From assembly GCA_002189035.1 (NCBI GenBank), contig NEEC01000008.1:2232001-2296000 (forward strand): a stretch of DNA of 64,000 nt, read 5' to 3'. The stretch comes from Utricularia gibba (taxonomy: Eukaryota; Plantae; Magnoliophyta). Of this stretch, positions 1-14,100 are shown one piece after another. The notes beneath the pieces were generated by a model. The model worked only from the letters and a program-made list of their open reading frames with translations. It was not told the DNA's origin and searched no databases. Made by a program: the position numbers and the translations under genes. Within the stretch, counting starts at the first letter, position 1, and each line of letters opens with the position of its first letter.

Positions 1-248
1 TAATTCATATATTGTAATAGAAATTTAGATTGAATATTTTTTGAAATATTCGAAATTCCCAGTACATGAAGTTTCGTGGTGTAATGAACTGGGTCGGGTT
101 CATGGATCCTGTGTCCATGGAATGTGAAAGAGACAAGAAACTACCGATCCATCTCTTTGTGGGTTCGTTCGGGTTCAGCAGACAATCGGATCCTCCACTT
201 CTGTAGCAACACTTTGTTTGTTACATATGGGAGATGCTTCAAGCGCAA

Positions 249-1786
249 TCATGTTATGGAACTGGAACTCCCAGTCTCGTGTCCGGCATATGAGGAGGAC
301 ACGCAGGGAAACCAGTATCTTCGTCTCCCATCTCTGTGGCCATCATCGATCATGGCAAGACCCTCCTGAAAACGCCACACAGGCTCATTGTCATTGTTGA
401 TGCTCTCTGAATATAATGAGAAGATCGTGTTGCTTACATCTAGCAGTGTTTCCAGGGCATCAGTGGCTCGACCGGAGGACCACACGAGCCGCCTCTCGAC
501 TTCATCCACAGTGACAAACCCTTCACCCTAAGATAAGCAGAAGCATGCCCTTGTTAAGCATGACTCAAGAAGCGAAGAGGAGTGTGCTCAGTATGACAGA
601 TGGGTGAACCTGTGCTAGCTCCAGAATTTGATTGTGATCTTTGTTCAGTTCTGTGGGAACAGATCTGATGAGCTTCTTCTTGCCCACAGAAATAACCTCG
701 AAACCATTGCCTAGAACCTGGAACAATCCGTGTGCGAAGCAAAGCCAGTAAGGATCATCGAAAAATACAAAAAATAAAGACACCCTCCATGCCAGAATCT
801 TTAAAACTAATACTATCACTAAACCAAAAAATTCATCAGTTCAAGGTTAACTAGTGTTACAGCTAGGGAAAAGAACCATGAATCCTCAATGGGGAAGTCA
901 CAAAAGCTATTGTAAATTACCTTGAGCTTGCTGATGGCACGTAGGCAGTCATCTTGAGATATGGGTTCACGTGAGTTCCTTCTTTTCTGAAGAAGCAATT
1001 TGCACAGCTCTTCCAAACTGATCAAACCTCCATTGTGTGGTCTAGTGGCCAAACAAATGTCGACAATCTGGACCCCTGCCTAGACAGTTTGATCGCTAAG
1101 TTTCTTGACCAAAACAATTTCTCAGTGATAAATCAATTCTAGAACGCCAAAAAGCAATGAGCCCGATTGATCACGAGGTGTACAGACAAACATAGCACAT
1201 AAATGATGATGATGATGCTAAGAAGATAAATCCGGTTTCCCGCATTATTTATTTGGAAGGCATATGATGAGGGCATAGAAATGCAACAGTACCAACCAAG
1301 TTCGTAATAGAAGTCACCAATTCCCAATAACTCAGCCCAGAAGCCTTTATTTGATGCCAAGGGATCTACTCCAACTTTGGCACACATCTCATGAAACTGA
1401 GCCCGGAAAGTAGGGTTCTTGCGGATATCGTTCTGCCCATATGAGAGTTGATAAGAGGATCACTAAAAAAACACTCTCTTGATTCAGCTAACTCCATCAA
1501 ACATTCTGACCAAAAATAAACCATCTAAGTCGTAATAGTAACGATCACCTTGTGTTTGCGGGCGAATTCTTCCAGTTGAGTGCGAAATGTAGCCAACTGT
1601 TCCTTCATTAGATCGGTACGCAGTTTCGCCACACTCTCCCCCACCACCCGAAATTGGTCCTTTAATCAACAACTCAAATCAGCCTAAAATACTATTCACG
1701 ATTCCATAAACGAACATAAAAAAAGAGAAAGCACAACCCTCGCCGCCGCCGCATTCTGCAGACCCCAATCCCCGGCCTTCGCCTCA
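249..1786 (-). CDS. VPS22: ESCRT-II subunit VPS22/EAP30, 7 exons; apparent frameshift in exon 1 as assembled
   Basis: Spliced peptides MRRRPG..., [109 protein letters not shown]; GT-AG introns; ATG at 1786, TGA at 249-251. Confidence 0.93.
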
Positions 1787-2052
1787 TTCCCAAAAAAGTC
1801 TCGTCTCCTCAGCTCAAGAGTTCAACCCAACGCTCTTAAACGAAGGATCAAATATCAATCAGATTCAATACCGTAACGCCCAACTAAAATTGCAGGAAAA
1901 CTTCCATACTTTTGTGGAAAGATTCCGGTAACCCGATAGTCGACTCTTCAGAGAAATGCATCAGATTAGATGGAGGAGGGTTGGAGATGATATCATTGAA
2001 TGTTTTCTCCCATAAAAAGGTATAATTTGAAACTTATGAGCCAGACCCATTA

Positions 2053-2106
2053 GGCCCAGCCCATTAGTACCAGCCCACTTCTTCCTTAACAACCAACTTC
2101 TGGGCC
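2053..2106. promoter_or_regulatory. Cluster of four site II (TGGGCY/RGCCCA) elements upstream of VPS22
   Basis: GGCCCA at 2053, AGCCCA at 2058 and 2072, TGGGCC at 2101; about 270-320 bp upstream of the VPS22 ATG. Confidence 0.5.
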
Positions 2107-2543
2107 TCAGCCCTACAACACATCAAGAGCTTTGACTTTCATAAAAAAATTAATTATTTTAAAATATAATTATTTTTTAAAATAAATGAAAAATAAAATT
2201 TTCAAAAAAGCAATGGAAATATAAATACTATCTGAATTTCGCAAATTTCAATTCAAATATTCCCAAATATTATTATAGTTAACAAAATTGACATTTTAAT
2301 ATATCTATTAATATTTTCTGAAACAAATAAGCACGAAATTATTAATATTATTATTATTATTATAAACGCAATAATATTTTTATTCAAGGGTCCCACAAAC
2401 ATCGATCCCAAAAATCACAACCTACACTAGTGAATTGAAGACCAATCCCCTTCCTATGAATCTGCAGCTCCTTATTTCTCTACAGATTCAGCTGCTCCGC
2501 CGTGTCGCCGGTGCTTCTCCCACCGCTGCAGCTGGCTCCACCC

Positions 2544-4269
2544 TCACAGTTTCGCCTGGACCAAGAAGCAACCGTCAGAAACAAACTACTTTAGCATGAT
2601 GTGAAGGGAGGATGATGTTATACAGATCATGATCTTCATAGGTGTTTCCTTTTCCGACGATGGTTATCAGAAAGGGGAGGAATTCTCTGAACCTTTGAAT
2701 GGTTACCTGAGAATAGAGGAAAGTTCCAAGCACTGCTATGGCGGCTCCGATAGCATTGACTGGCTGCACCGGAGTTTGGAAGATGATGATGGAGGAGACG
2801 ATGACGGAGATGCGTTTCATGGTGTTGCCGATGCTGAATGTCAACGGGGAGATCTCATCCAGAGACATGTAAGAGACCTGATTGTATAGATGGTAGAAAA
2901 CACTCTGTGCAGCCATCCACCTGCCCAGCAATACCAACCACACGAAGTGGATAATGAGGATGGCTCAAGACAAAATTTGGATCACAAAACACAGTCACTG
3001 AATCAAAGAAACATGGACAAACAAATCGGATTGACAGTGATGGGAGTTTGTATCACAATCTGAATCCAAACAAAAACACAGCTTTGGATGAAGTAAGCTC
3101 AGAGTAAAAGGTGATTCACTGAATAACCAGGGGAAGCTTACCAGCCTAGTTGAGGTCCGATTTGAGTGAGGGCTTCTTTGAAACCAGCGGTCCACATCTG
3201 TGGACCCTCAACAGCAATGGCAAAAGGGGTGAGAATGAGGAGAGACATGATAGATAAGCAGGCGTAATAGTTCATTCCACTAACGGAATTTCCCTTCATC
3301 CCCTTCTTGGAGAATATATTTCGAAAGACAAAGGCCAAATTTGAGATCATGGCTCCCATGAACCCTGAAGTTAGATATAACAATGTATAAATAAATGTGA
3401 TCATAGGTTGACTGGATAATGGGGTCGCCGGAATTACCAATCATGTTAAAGTTGAGCTCGGTGAGGGCAGCAAGGCCGCAGCCTCCGATGATTGGGACGA
3501 GGGACCAGTAAACTGTTGGTGGGAATGACTCTCCAAGGAGGAACCTCGATACAAGAACGCTGAAAGCAGGTTCACCACTCTTGATTATGTGTGTGAATGA
3601 AACTGCCACCTTTGACATGCTCACAGTTGCAGCTACATGCCCAATTGTATGCGCAATGGCAACCTAATAAGACAACAACAAAAGGAGATGCCAGTTTGTG
3701 ACCTTCAACACCAACAGAAGGTAAGAAAAGAAGAAAATTTACCCAAAAAAAAGAAGAAAGCTTACTGGGAAAAGGGATTTCCAGAACTCAAGATCTGTTT
3801 TGGGAGCTTCGACGATTCGCAGAGCCCAGGAAATTAACATTATGAGAGAACCAGCGGCCAAAGAGAGCGTGGAAGTCAGCCATGGAAAGGGATACGCATT
3901 CAGCACTTTTTTGTTGTAAATATTGAAGATTACGTTCAAACCCCACCACGTCGCGAAGTAAATCCCGATCTTCAGTTTCCTCGCCGCCTCAGACCGGTCA
4001 GCCGTCAGTGCCCTAGATTCCCGGATCGGCTCCGACCGATCGGCCTCGTACGCCCTGCACTTGATAACATCCCGCTCACCACCCGAAAAGGACTCAGCTT
4101 TCGACACAAACAGCGGCTTCGAGAGACTGACGACAGACTGCCACCGATCCCCCGCTGCAGGGAAAGAGGGCAGCGCCAATGACTGCCCCGCCGCGAATCT
4201 CCTCCTCTGTAGAAGAATATCCGACCCATGGACCGCTAATCTAGCGGGTTGCTGAAGCGAGGAGAGCAT
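2544..4269 (-). CDS. GPT: Plastid glucose-6-phosphate/phosphate translocator, 5 exons
   Basis: Transit-peptide-like MLSSLQQPARL..., KLKIGIYFATWWGLNVIFNIYNKKVLN, SKVAVSFTHIIKSGEPAF, SVSGMNYYACLS, MKRISVIVSSIIIFQTPVQPVNAIGAAIAVLGTFLYSQ and a 12-nt last exon AKL-stop (TGA 2544-2546). Confidence 0.95.
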
Positions 4270-4960
4270 GCTGGAACGCAACACAATACAATTGGGAAAA
4301 ACAACTCAACCCCAGTACAGTTTTGACGACGACGGAGACGAAGATTCCAAATATACCGAAAATTCCCCAAACAAGTTTGGTGGGTTCAAGGGTCGATTTT
4401 CATGGCTTTTGGAAGCGTCGGAGGCCCAAGACTAGGACAGCTTCGAAAAAATCTACTGATAATCAACCCAATACTTTTGACAAATTCCACCAGAAAACCC
4501 AGAAGAACCCGTCCACCGAACACGTGTTATTCCTTCGTCCGCTGTTCCCGGCTCCTTCTCCCCTGACACTTTTCAAGGCACCGGTGGGGACTCGCCCTCC
4601 GGGGTAGGTGAACCTTTTTTATTCATGGGTTTGGTTTGGTGTGCTTTTTCTCTCACAAAATATTCACATAAATAAATTTATTATAATATTAATGTTTGGT
4701 TGACTGATAAATAAATATTATTAAAATCAGATTCAGATAAAAGTTTAATTTAATTATAAAACACCAAGAAAAATAAGAACAAAATTTATTATACAAAATA
4801 AATATTTCCACACTATATTTTATATTATAATTTCAACATAATAAAAAAAAATGAATGTACAATACTTATTGGAAAAGGTACAATCAGAATGCACAAACCT
4901 GGCCAAAATTATGGCCTTATTTCTTCACAATCCATCAAACAACAAAAAGATCCGTACAGA

Positions 4961-5632
4961 TCACGTAAGCAGAGAAGCGACAAGAATGCCTAGAATTCCA
5001 CCGATGCTGGCGACGGTGGAAGACGCTGCATTGTGATCCTCTGGATGAGAAGGCCCCGGAGCCGCCGCCGGATGCACCTCCGGTGGTGGCGGGGAGGGGA
5101 GTGGGCGGTGGGAGCAGGGGACGGATTGGTCCTGCTTCTGTCAGCCAAAACAACGACGACCAATTTCTGATTTTTGAGGCAATTTTGTGAGTCCCCACTG
5201 ATGAAATAGTGAGGCCCTGATTGGTTGAAATGGAATACAGTGTGCCCATCTGTGAATCTGTGAACGGGTGATGCTGTGTTGCAGTTTGTGTAATCGTCTC
5301 TGGTTACTTGCAGCACCGAGTCTTGATTAGCAGCATACACAAACACTGCAGGAGCCCAAAGAGTTAAAGCTGCGTTCTTGATCAATGGATTAGATGGAGA
5401 AGAGAAGATGAAACTATGTCTTACAGAGGGAATCTCCGATTTGGAATCGGTTGCTCTCAGCCCAGTGGTTGTAGAATGCGGCATCAGATGGAACTTCCCA
5501 GCTAGCTCTTGGACCTCCAACTGTGAACTGAAAACCATCAGCACTGTGAGCCAGAAAAAGGGTGCTGATTACAAGACAAAAGATCCCAAAAACTTGATCA
5601 TTTCTCTTGGAGAAAAGGGCTGTGGGAGCCAT
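4961..5632 (-). CDS. ENODL: Early nodulin-like phytocyanin (signal peptide, plastocyanin-like domain, Pro-rich linker, GPI signal), 2 exons; 1-nt frameshift as assembled
   Basis: Exon 1 (5632-5425) FQFTVGG..W..P...YNHWAESNRFQIGDSL; exon 2 from 5345 FVYAANQDSVLQV...GPHYFISG..NC.KNQKL; hydrophobic tail HNAASSTVASIGGILGILVASLLT-stop lies in the shifted frame. Confidence 0.9.
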
Positions 5633-6535
5633 TGCAGGAGGCAAGAGAAGAGAATGATCAGTTGGTGATGAAAATCCAGGGAGACCTGAGGCTATTTGTA
5701 GGTGAGTCTGGGGGAGAACTTCATGAGTTGTTTGTGGGTCTCTCTTGTTGGTTTCTTGGCATCTGGTGCAAAGGATTGCACATCCAGCATGTGCTGGCTT
5801 GATGCTTTGCTTCATGTTCATCATCCGGCCAAGAATCTTCATGTCTTCCATTTGGGAAAATGGCATCTAAAGTTCCAACTTGATACACATCCTTCAACAT
5901 GTGATGCATTATCCACCAACATGAATTGTACTTTCCAATTGGACTCATCATTCTGCTTTGAGAAATACATGCTTCTGTGCGGAAGGTCTCTGATCACAAT
6001 AGTTTAGCCAGTGTGATCTCTCTTTGTGAGTACAGGAACTGAACTTCACTGTTCTTACCAAGGAACATCATCAGATCATTTACAAAACTGGCCACTCTCC
6101 CTTTCTCCCTTAATTTTAATTGACCAATTTTTTCACACACAACATAAAAGGTGTCCAGATTTCTAATACCCGAACATCATCAGGAAAACACATGCTGTTC
6201 TGTATCATTACAACTAAATTAACTGCATAGCTTGGGGATGGTCTACAGAGGACGTATGTCCGGGTCCTCGGGATGTAAACACATGAAATAAAAGCTAGAT
6301 TCGATGCATCATGCATTTGTCCAGGAAGACTGCGTGTTTCATGGATCAAATCACGGAATTGACCAGCAAAGTATTTAAGGGAATTTGTGTATCACTAGAA
6401 TCAACAGTGTACTCATTACTCACATCCATGGCAGCAACGGAAAGCAAAGCCAACATAAAGCATGCAGACTCTAAGACTAATGGGATGCTCGCATAGAGTT
6501 TTGCGTGGCTTGAGGATGGAAATGGATGTCAAGCC

Positions 6536-7134
6536 TCAGAAACCATGGATCTTAATATTGTCTTTCTTCACGATCCCAGCCTGTTTAAAAATGTAGCAAG
6601 CAACTAAGACATTTGGAGGTTGAAAAACAATTAGTAGTTAAGACAGAGTGTAAAGTAATTACCTGGACAAGGAATGAAGAAACGTTCTTTCTCTGATCAC
6701 CTTGGAGCTGGATAACCTTGAATTCATGAAAGAGCCAGTGAGACGTGCTTCAACATAGTAAAACCAAGAACAAAGAGAGAAACGATATTTCAGACCTGTC
6801 CTAGCTCAGGATCCTGAACAACAGTTCCATTGCAGCAAAACTCTTTTTTGAGATCCTTCAAGATCTTGTTATAGCTGAACTCCTTCTTCAATCCTTGCAC
6901 TGTGGTCAGGCTTTTACGACCATTCCGCTGCTGCACACGAATATGAATGTAGTCCTTTGTCCCAGCCCCAGAATTCTCAGCATTTGCATCAGCAAAAGGA
7001 TCTACCAGCAAATGAGACAACTAAGACGACGACAGACGAAATGAAAGATATTTATAATTCATAGTGCAAATGACCATGTAGAGCGAGCAATACATACCAA
7101 AGCTAGCAGGAACCTCGATGTCAAGCTCAGACAT
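6536..7134 (-). CDS. SUI1: Translation initiation factor eIF1/SUI1, 4 coding exons
   Basis: MSELDIEVPASF|DPFADANAENSGAGTKDYIHIRVQQRNGRKSLTTVQGLKKEFSYNKILKDLKKEFCCNGTVVQDPELGQ|VIQLQGDQRKNVSSFLVQ|AGIVKKDNIKIHGF-stop. Confidence 0.97.
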
Positions 7135-8068
7135 GAAAGGAAATTATGGCAGAAAACTGGCGGTATTCGTTCAGATACTCTTGACCTCTGAAGCGACAAC
7201 CACAGACAAAATATCAAGCATAACGTCATCACACAAATTTTTTGACAATATTAGTGAAAAAAGAACTGTAAAAATAAGGAGGCATCGGATCTGAAAGCAA
7301 CCACAAAAGGACTAATAAGCATATAAGGGTAAGCGCAGCCCATTTTTCTAGGAATCCAAAAACAAAAGCAGCGCTGAAAACTAGAAAACGAGGATGTCAC
7401 ATCCAAGATACGAACCATCAACGGAATCCACGATCTTATCAACGGAAGCGGAAAAAATAGATTTCTGTAGCTTAATCAAGACAAAAAAAATTCCCAACAA
7501 CACGACTAACTAGTGGACCGAAGCAAAAAAATTTCAACATAACAAGAAATGTATCAGAAAGATCATGAGGAAACATAACGTCGGAAAACGGTAAAACGCA
7601 AGATTCCACACAACCTTTCGGAGGGAAGCAGAAGCGCCGGTCACGAAGAAGAAATAAAATGATATCTCGAAGATATACCGATAGAACCACTCCCGATCGT
7701 CGCAATCGATGAAATCGACGGCGGAGAATTAAAAGAGACAGAAATAAATAACGAGGGCACCTTTCTAGGCCCAAACGGAATTAAAAAAAGAAAAATCAAT
7801 ATCGAATCCAACGGGCCCATTTTTAAGTCTTCCGTTAGGAAGGACGACCCCAGGTTACATTTTGGCTGTTTGTCGGTGTTGTGTTTACTAGACACGAAAG
7901 AGAGACGACGGAGAACTTATTCAGTACTGAACAGTGAGAAACTAAAGAGTAGCAACAACACAGACAGTCAGACATCCATGATCCAAATACCTACGAGTTC
8001 AGTTTACATCCAAGAGGAGGATTCCTCGACACAAGCATTCCATTTTCAAGAGGAGGATTGCGCAATAT

Positions 8069-9990
<1,922 letters not shown>

Positions 9991-10387
9991 TTGCTGAGGT
10001 CAACACGGCGAAGAAAAGAACTTGCTTCTTAATTCCAGCGGCAGGCGGAGTCTTCTAGGAAGCACAACCGCATTTTTAAAATATGGTAGAAAATTCCTGG
10101 GTTGGACCAGATGCATGTGCAAAATTTTGTACTTACCAAAATAATGCTATTCTTATTCATAAAATATTCAATATTCATTAATCAAATTTTTTACTTACAT
10201 GTTTAATATATAGAAATATTCATCATATTATGACTCAAAATTCTATAATCAATGTTTTAAAAAGTAAAAACAACTCATAAATCATTTGAAAATAGAATTC
10301 ATAATGAAAAAGATCATTAGAATTTAATATAAATCCTATTATGAAAGATGTGTAATCTAAAATGATTCAAATACAATTTATTAGTGG

Positions 10388-10577
10388 TTTTTTGAAAACT
10401 GACTATAAATTGTATTTCATATATATTTCATATTACATTATTTATGAAATGCTATGGTGTAAATTAATAGTTTAATACTATTTTTTTGAAAACTGATTAA
10501 TAAATTGTATTTCATATATATTTCATATTACATTATTTATGAAATGCTATGGTGTAAATTTAATAGTTTAATACTAT
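10388..10577. repeat. Tandem duplication of a ~95-bp AT-rich unit (2 copies, near identical)
   Basis: TTTTTGAAAACTGA...GGTGTAAATTAATAGTTTTAATACTAT occurs twice head to tail with only a few single-base differences. Confidence 0.9.
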
Positions 10578-11170
10578 AGTATTACAGGCTACTTAATTAA
10601 TATTCAAAGTAGTTGCAGTTATGTGATTAATATTTTTATTTTTTTTTTGGAGTTGTTATTCAACCAAATTAAGGTTATTTACAAATCTTATTACCGTATA
10701 CTTTTTATTATATATTAAGATAAAAAAAATACTATAGATGGCCATATTTTTCACACACATCATGTTGGTTGATCAAATTTCTAATTGACATATCAAAGTA
10801 TCAAGATACGGTTTTTTTCATACATGATTTCCAATGGTCATATTTCTAAATAATCCATCAAATTTCTAAATGGGCCATCAATAGTGTTTGAGATATGGTT
10901 GCAGCCGAAGCCTCTAGATGCTTCTTGTGTGCGATTAGAATCTTCGGTATTTTCAACTCAATATTTTTAAATGATTAAAAAAATTAGGAATATTTAATCG
11001 TAGTTTTATCGAATAACTTGCATGATTACGACCAGACTTTCGTTTCGGGTCGGAGACCGATTAGCATTACCAGTATACCATATGAAACCTACCCGACCCG
11101 GTTGAAAGAGGTGTTCTGTGATGGGTTGGACTTCGGTAAGGCATCTGGCATCACCGTTTCTACAACGCTC

Positions 11171-14100
11171 ATGCCGATCGCCGCGGCGGCCAAGGTAATG
11201 CGTTCCGCAGCCAGAGCCGCCGTCAGAAGCTTCAGGGCATCTGCTTCTCTGGCATCATCAGCAGGAGAAGGCACTAGGAAAAAGAAGAAGGTTAAGAAAA
11301 GCAACGTCGCCTCTTCCCCGTCTCACTCCCTGGATGTTCGGATGAAGGAGTATTTAGCTAGTGTCACAACCGGAAAGGCCTCATGTTTGGATGTCTCTGT
11401 CTCCAGCGAAGCCTCAACCAATGCCAAAATGCGGCAGTCGATGAGGGCATCCCATCCTGGTTCAATTCTGTCTCTAGTTAGTTGTATCTTAAAACCTGGA
11501 AAGGCTGAAAATAATGGTATGAGATTAGCTGCATTTATGCTGGAAATATCTTGAATAGATTTAATGTTTGTTTGTTTTTTTTTTTTGGCAGATGAAGCTG
11601 CAAATTTTCTAACGAAAGAAGCGATCAGTTCGTTGCGTGGTAATTCTGCACTGGTCTTTGATACTATTGCTGTCTTTAGAATGTTATCATATTTTCAATG
11701 TACTTACGAAACGTTTTTGAGAATGCTGTAGATGAAAAGCAAGAGGATTTGGAAGTTGAATGTGATGATGGTGACTCGTCGGGCGGCCTCTTGAAATCTC
11801 CACTTCTAGAGAAGATGTCAAATTTTGATCTTCATAAGCGTAGAAAAAATGTCAGCTTTCTAAAGAAAAAGAAGTACTTTAAGTGTCTAGGACAAAGCGG
11901 GCGTTTTACGAAGCTTGTAAGAATGTGTGCCCGGACAGTTGGACCAGACGCTACGATCGATTTATTTGCAAAAATGGGGCAACATCCAAGTCCAAAACAG
12001 ATTACTGAGTTGATCAATACATGTTTAAACGAAGCTAGAAGTACAAGTAACGAAGATCTGGCTTTGGAGCAGATTTATAAGGTGCATCAGATTTTCAAAG
12101 TGATGAAGGAAAGAGGTCTCAAAGTTGATGAAGAAATGTTTGGGCAGCTCTTACGGTATCTGATTGACAATGAGATGGTTGATGAGTTTTTCTTGCTCCA
12201 TGAGGTAATCCGAGATGACAATCTTCCACGCCTGGCGTACTATGAAATGTTGCTGTGGATAAGAGTGAACAACGAAACAAAAATTCAAGAGCTTTTTCTT
12301 TCTGCTGTCTCAGATGATTCTGTGGAAAGTTGTCGCATCAAAGGTGATTTTTTCGTTTCAGATCTCGAATTTCTATCATGGATATTTCCATTTTCCTTTG
12401 CCTATCTGCATAAGGAGTGGTTTTATAATTTCCCCTCGCTTTGTCTCTCATCATATTCTGATGTCTGGTTAAATTTTTATGCAAAAACTTGTGTTTAATC
12501 TTCTGAAAAAGTATTGACCACATACACTTGACCTTCTGTGAGTGACACCCAATGTTTTATCCGTTGTATTTCTTCAAAACTGATTTTAGGCATCCTTGTA
12601 TTTGTTGCATTACTCAGTTATACTTCTAGAAGCTTCTTGTGCATATTCAAGCTGACCCCATTTATCCTTCAATGTGAAACCAGACACAACCACTATAGTG
12701 CTGATCTTATAACTACTGTTTCAGAATCTTTGGTACTGGCGTTTGCTGAAAGCAAAGACAGAGAAAGGCTTGTGATGCTGCTTGAAACGTTGGATATCAC
12801 TAAATTGGGATCATTGGTGCCATTAGAGCCCATCTTTGGTGCTCTAGGGATGTTTCTGCTCGAGTCCCATTTAGAAAAATTTCTTCTAGCACTGAAGGGC
12901 GGTGGTTAGTATGTAACTTTGTTGGTTTTTAAATTGGAAGTCTGCTTATCAATTTAATAGAACAGAAAATCCAACTTATTAATGGCATAGGAATCTTATG
13001 GTATTTAACCTCCCTACACATGCATCTTTACTTCCATATGTATAGCGGATATGCTCACCATTGTATTCCTCCACATTGACTTCGTGTGCTGCACTTGATT
13101 CATCACGAGCTGTTGTTAGTAGTAGATGGTTTCCTTAATGTGTTTTTTTTGAACTTCATGCTTCTGGTTTATAAATTGCAAAATGATTCACCAGGCCTTG
13201 GAGCTGAAAAGGTATCAAGCCTAATCTGTGAATACATAGTGTGCATGCCAAATGTAGAGGTGAGGAACTCAGCATCAATGAGGCTAATAAAGCCTCGAGT
13301 GTTTCTAAGAAAATGCTGCTTCTCACTAGCATTAGAATATATGATTGTAGATCATTTTGTCTTTGCTTTTCATTGATATGTATATTGGTGTTTGTTGCAG
13401 TTCTGTTATCTTGTTGTAGATTTTTTCTAGCTTCGTAGCTCTTTGATGGAGAATACATCTTTTTCTTTTTGAGATCAGATTTCCATCTAGCTTTTCCATA
13501 TTGTATGATATGCTTTAAGCAATACTGTAGATGGCGCAAGTTTTTTTTTTTTTAAATTTCACTGCTAATCAACATCTATATCTATGTTGCATGGGAAAGG
13601 TTGAAGACGCCTTGATAAAGTTGAAAACACTAAATGCTAAGTTTGACGTATTGCCTGCTTCAACTCAGTATGAGAGGCTCATCACCTTTTTTTCTGAAAT
13701 CCTCAAGGTAGGCTCATCTCGCAGTACTTTTCATGTGCCAACATTCTTGGAGTGTGTTTGTATTCCATTACGAAATATGAATAAATTTGTATATATACAT
13801 ACACATTTGCCTATTCTCACGGTGATTTTTTTGGCTTTTGAAGTTCATCTTATTTGTCTCTACTTAATGTTCTTTAGGTACATGAAGCACTCCTCGTCAT
13901 TGATGATGCTCTTGAAACTGGTGCTATTCTATCACTGAAGACATTCCATGTCTTATTGGATGCTTGTGATCAGAGCTATGAATTTTATCTGGTATACATT
14001 GTTGCAAATTTTCAATTAGTTTATGAATTTTTTAAATGGATCATGTTCCTTTGGGTTAACATAGTGATTAATGAAGTAATTCCACTAATGAATGATTTGA

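Noticed and set aside
5633-5866. In-frame upstream ATG extending ENODL by about 80 aa
   Set aside because: It would bury the signal peptide and resembles no domain I know; treated as an incidental open frame.
11046-11100. 8-bp inverted repeat CGGGTCGG...CCGACCCG upstream of the PPR gene
   Set aside because: Too short, with no target-site duplication, to call a MITE.
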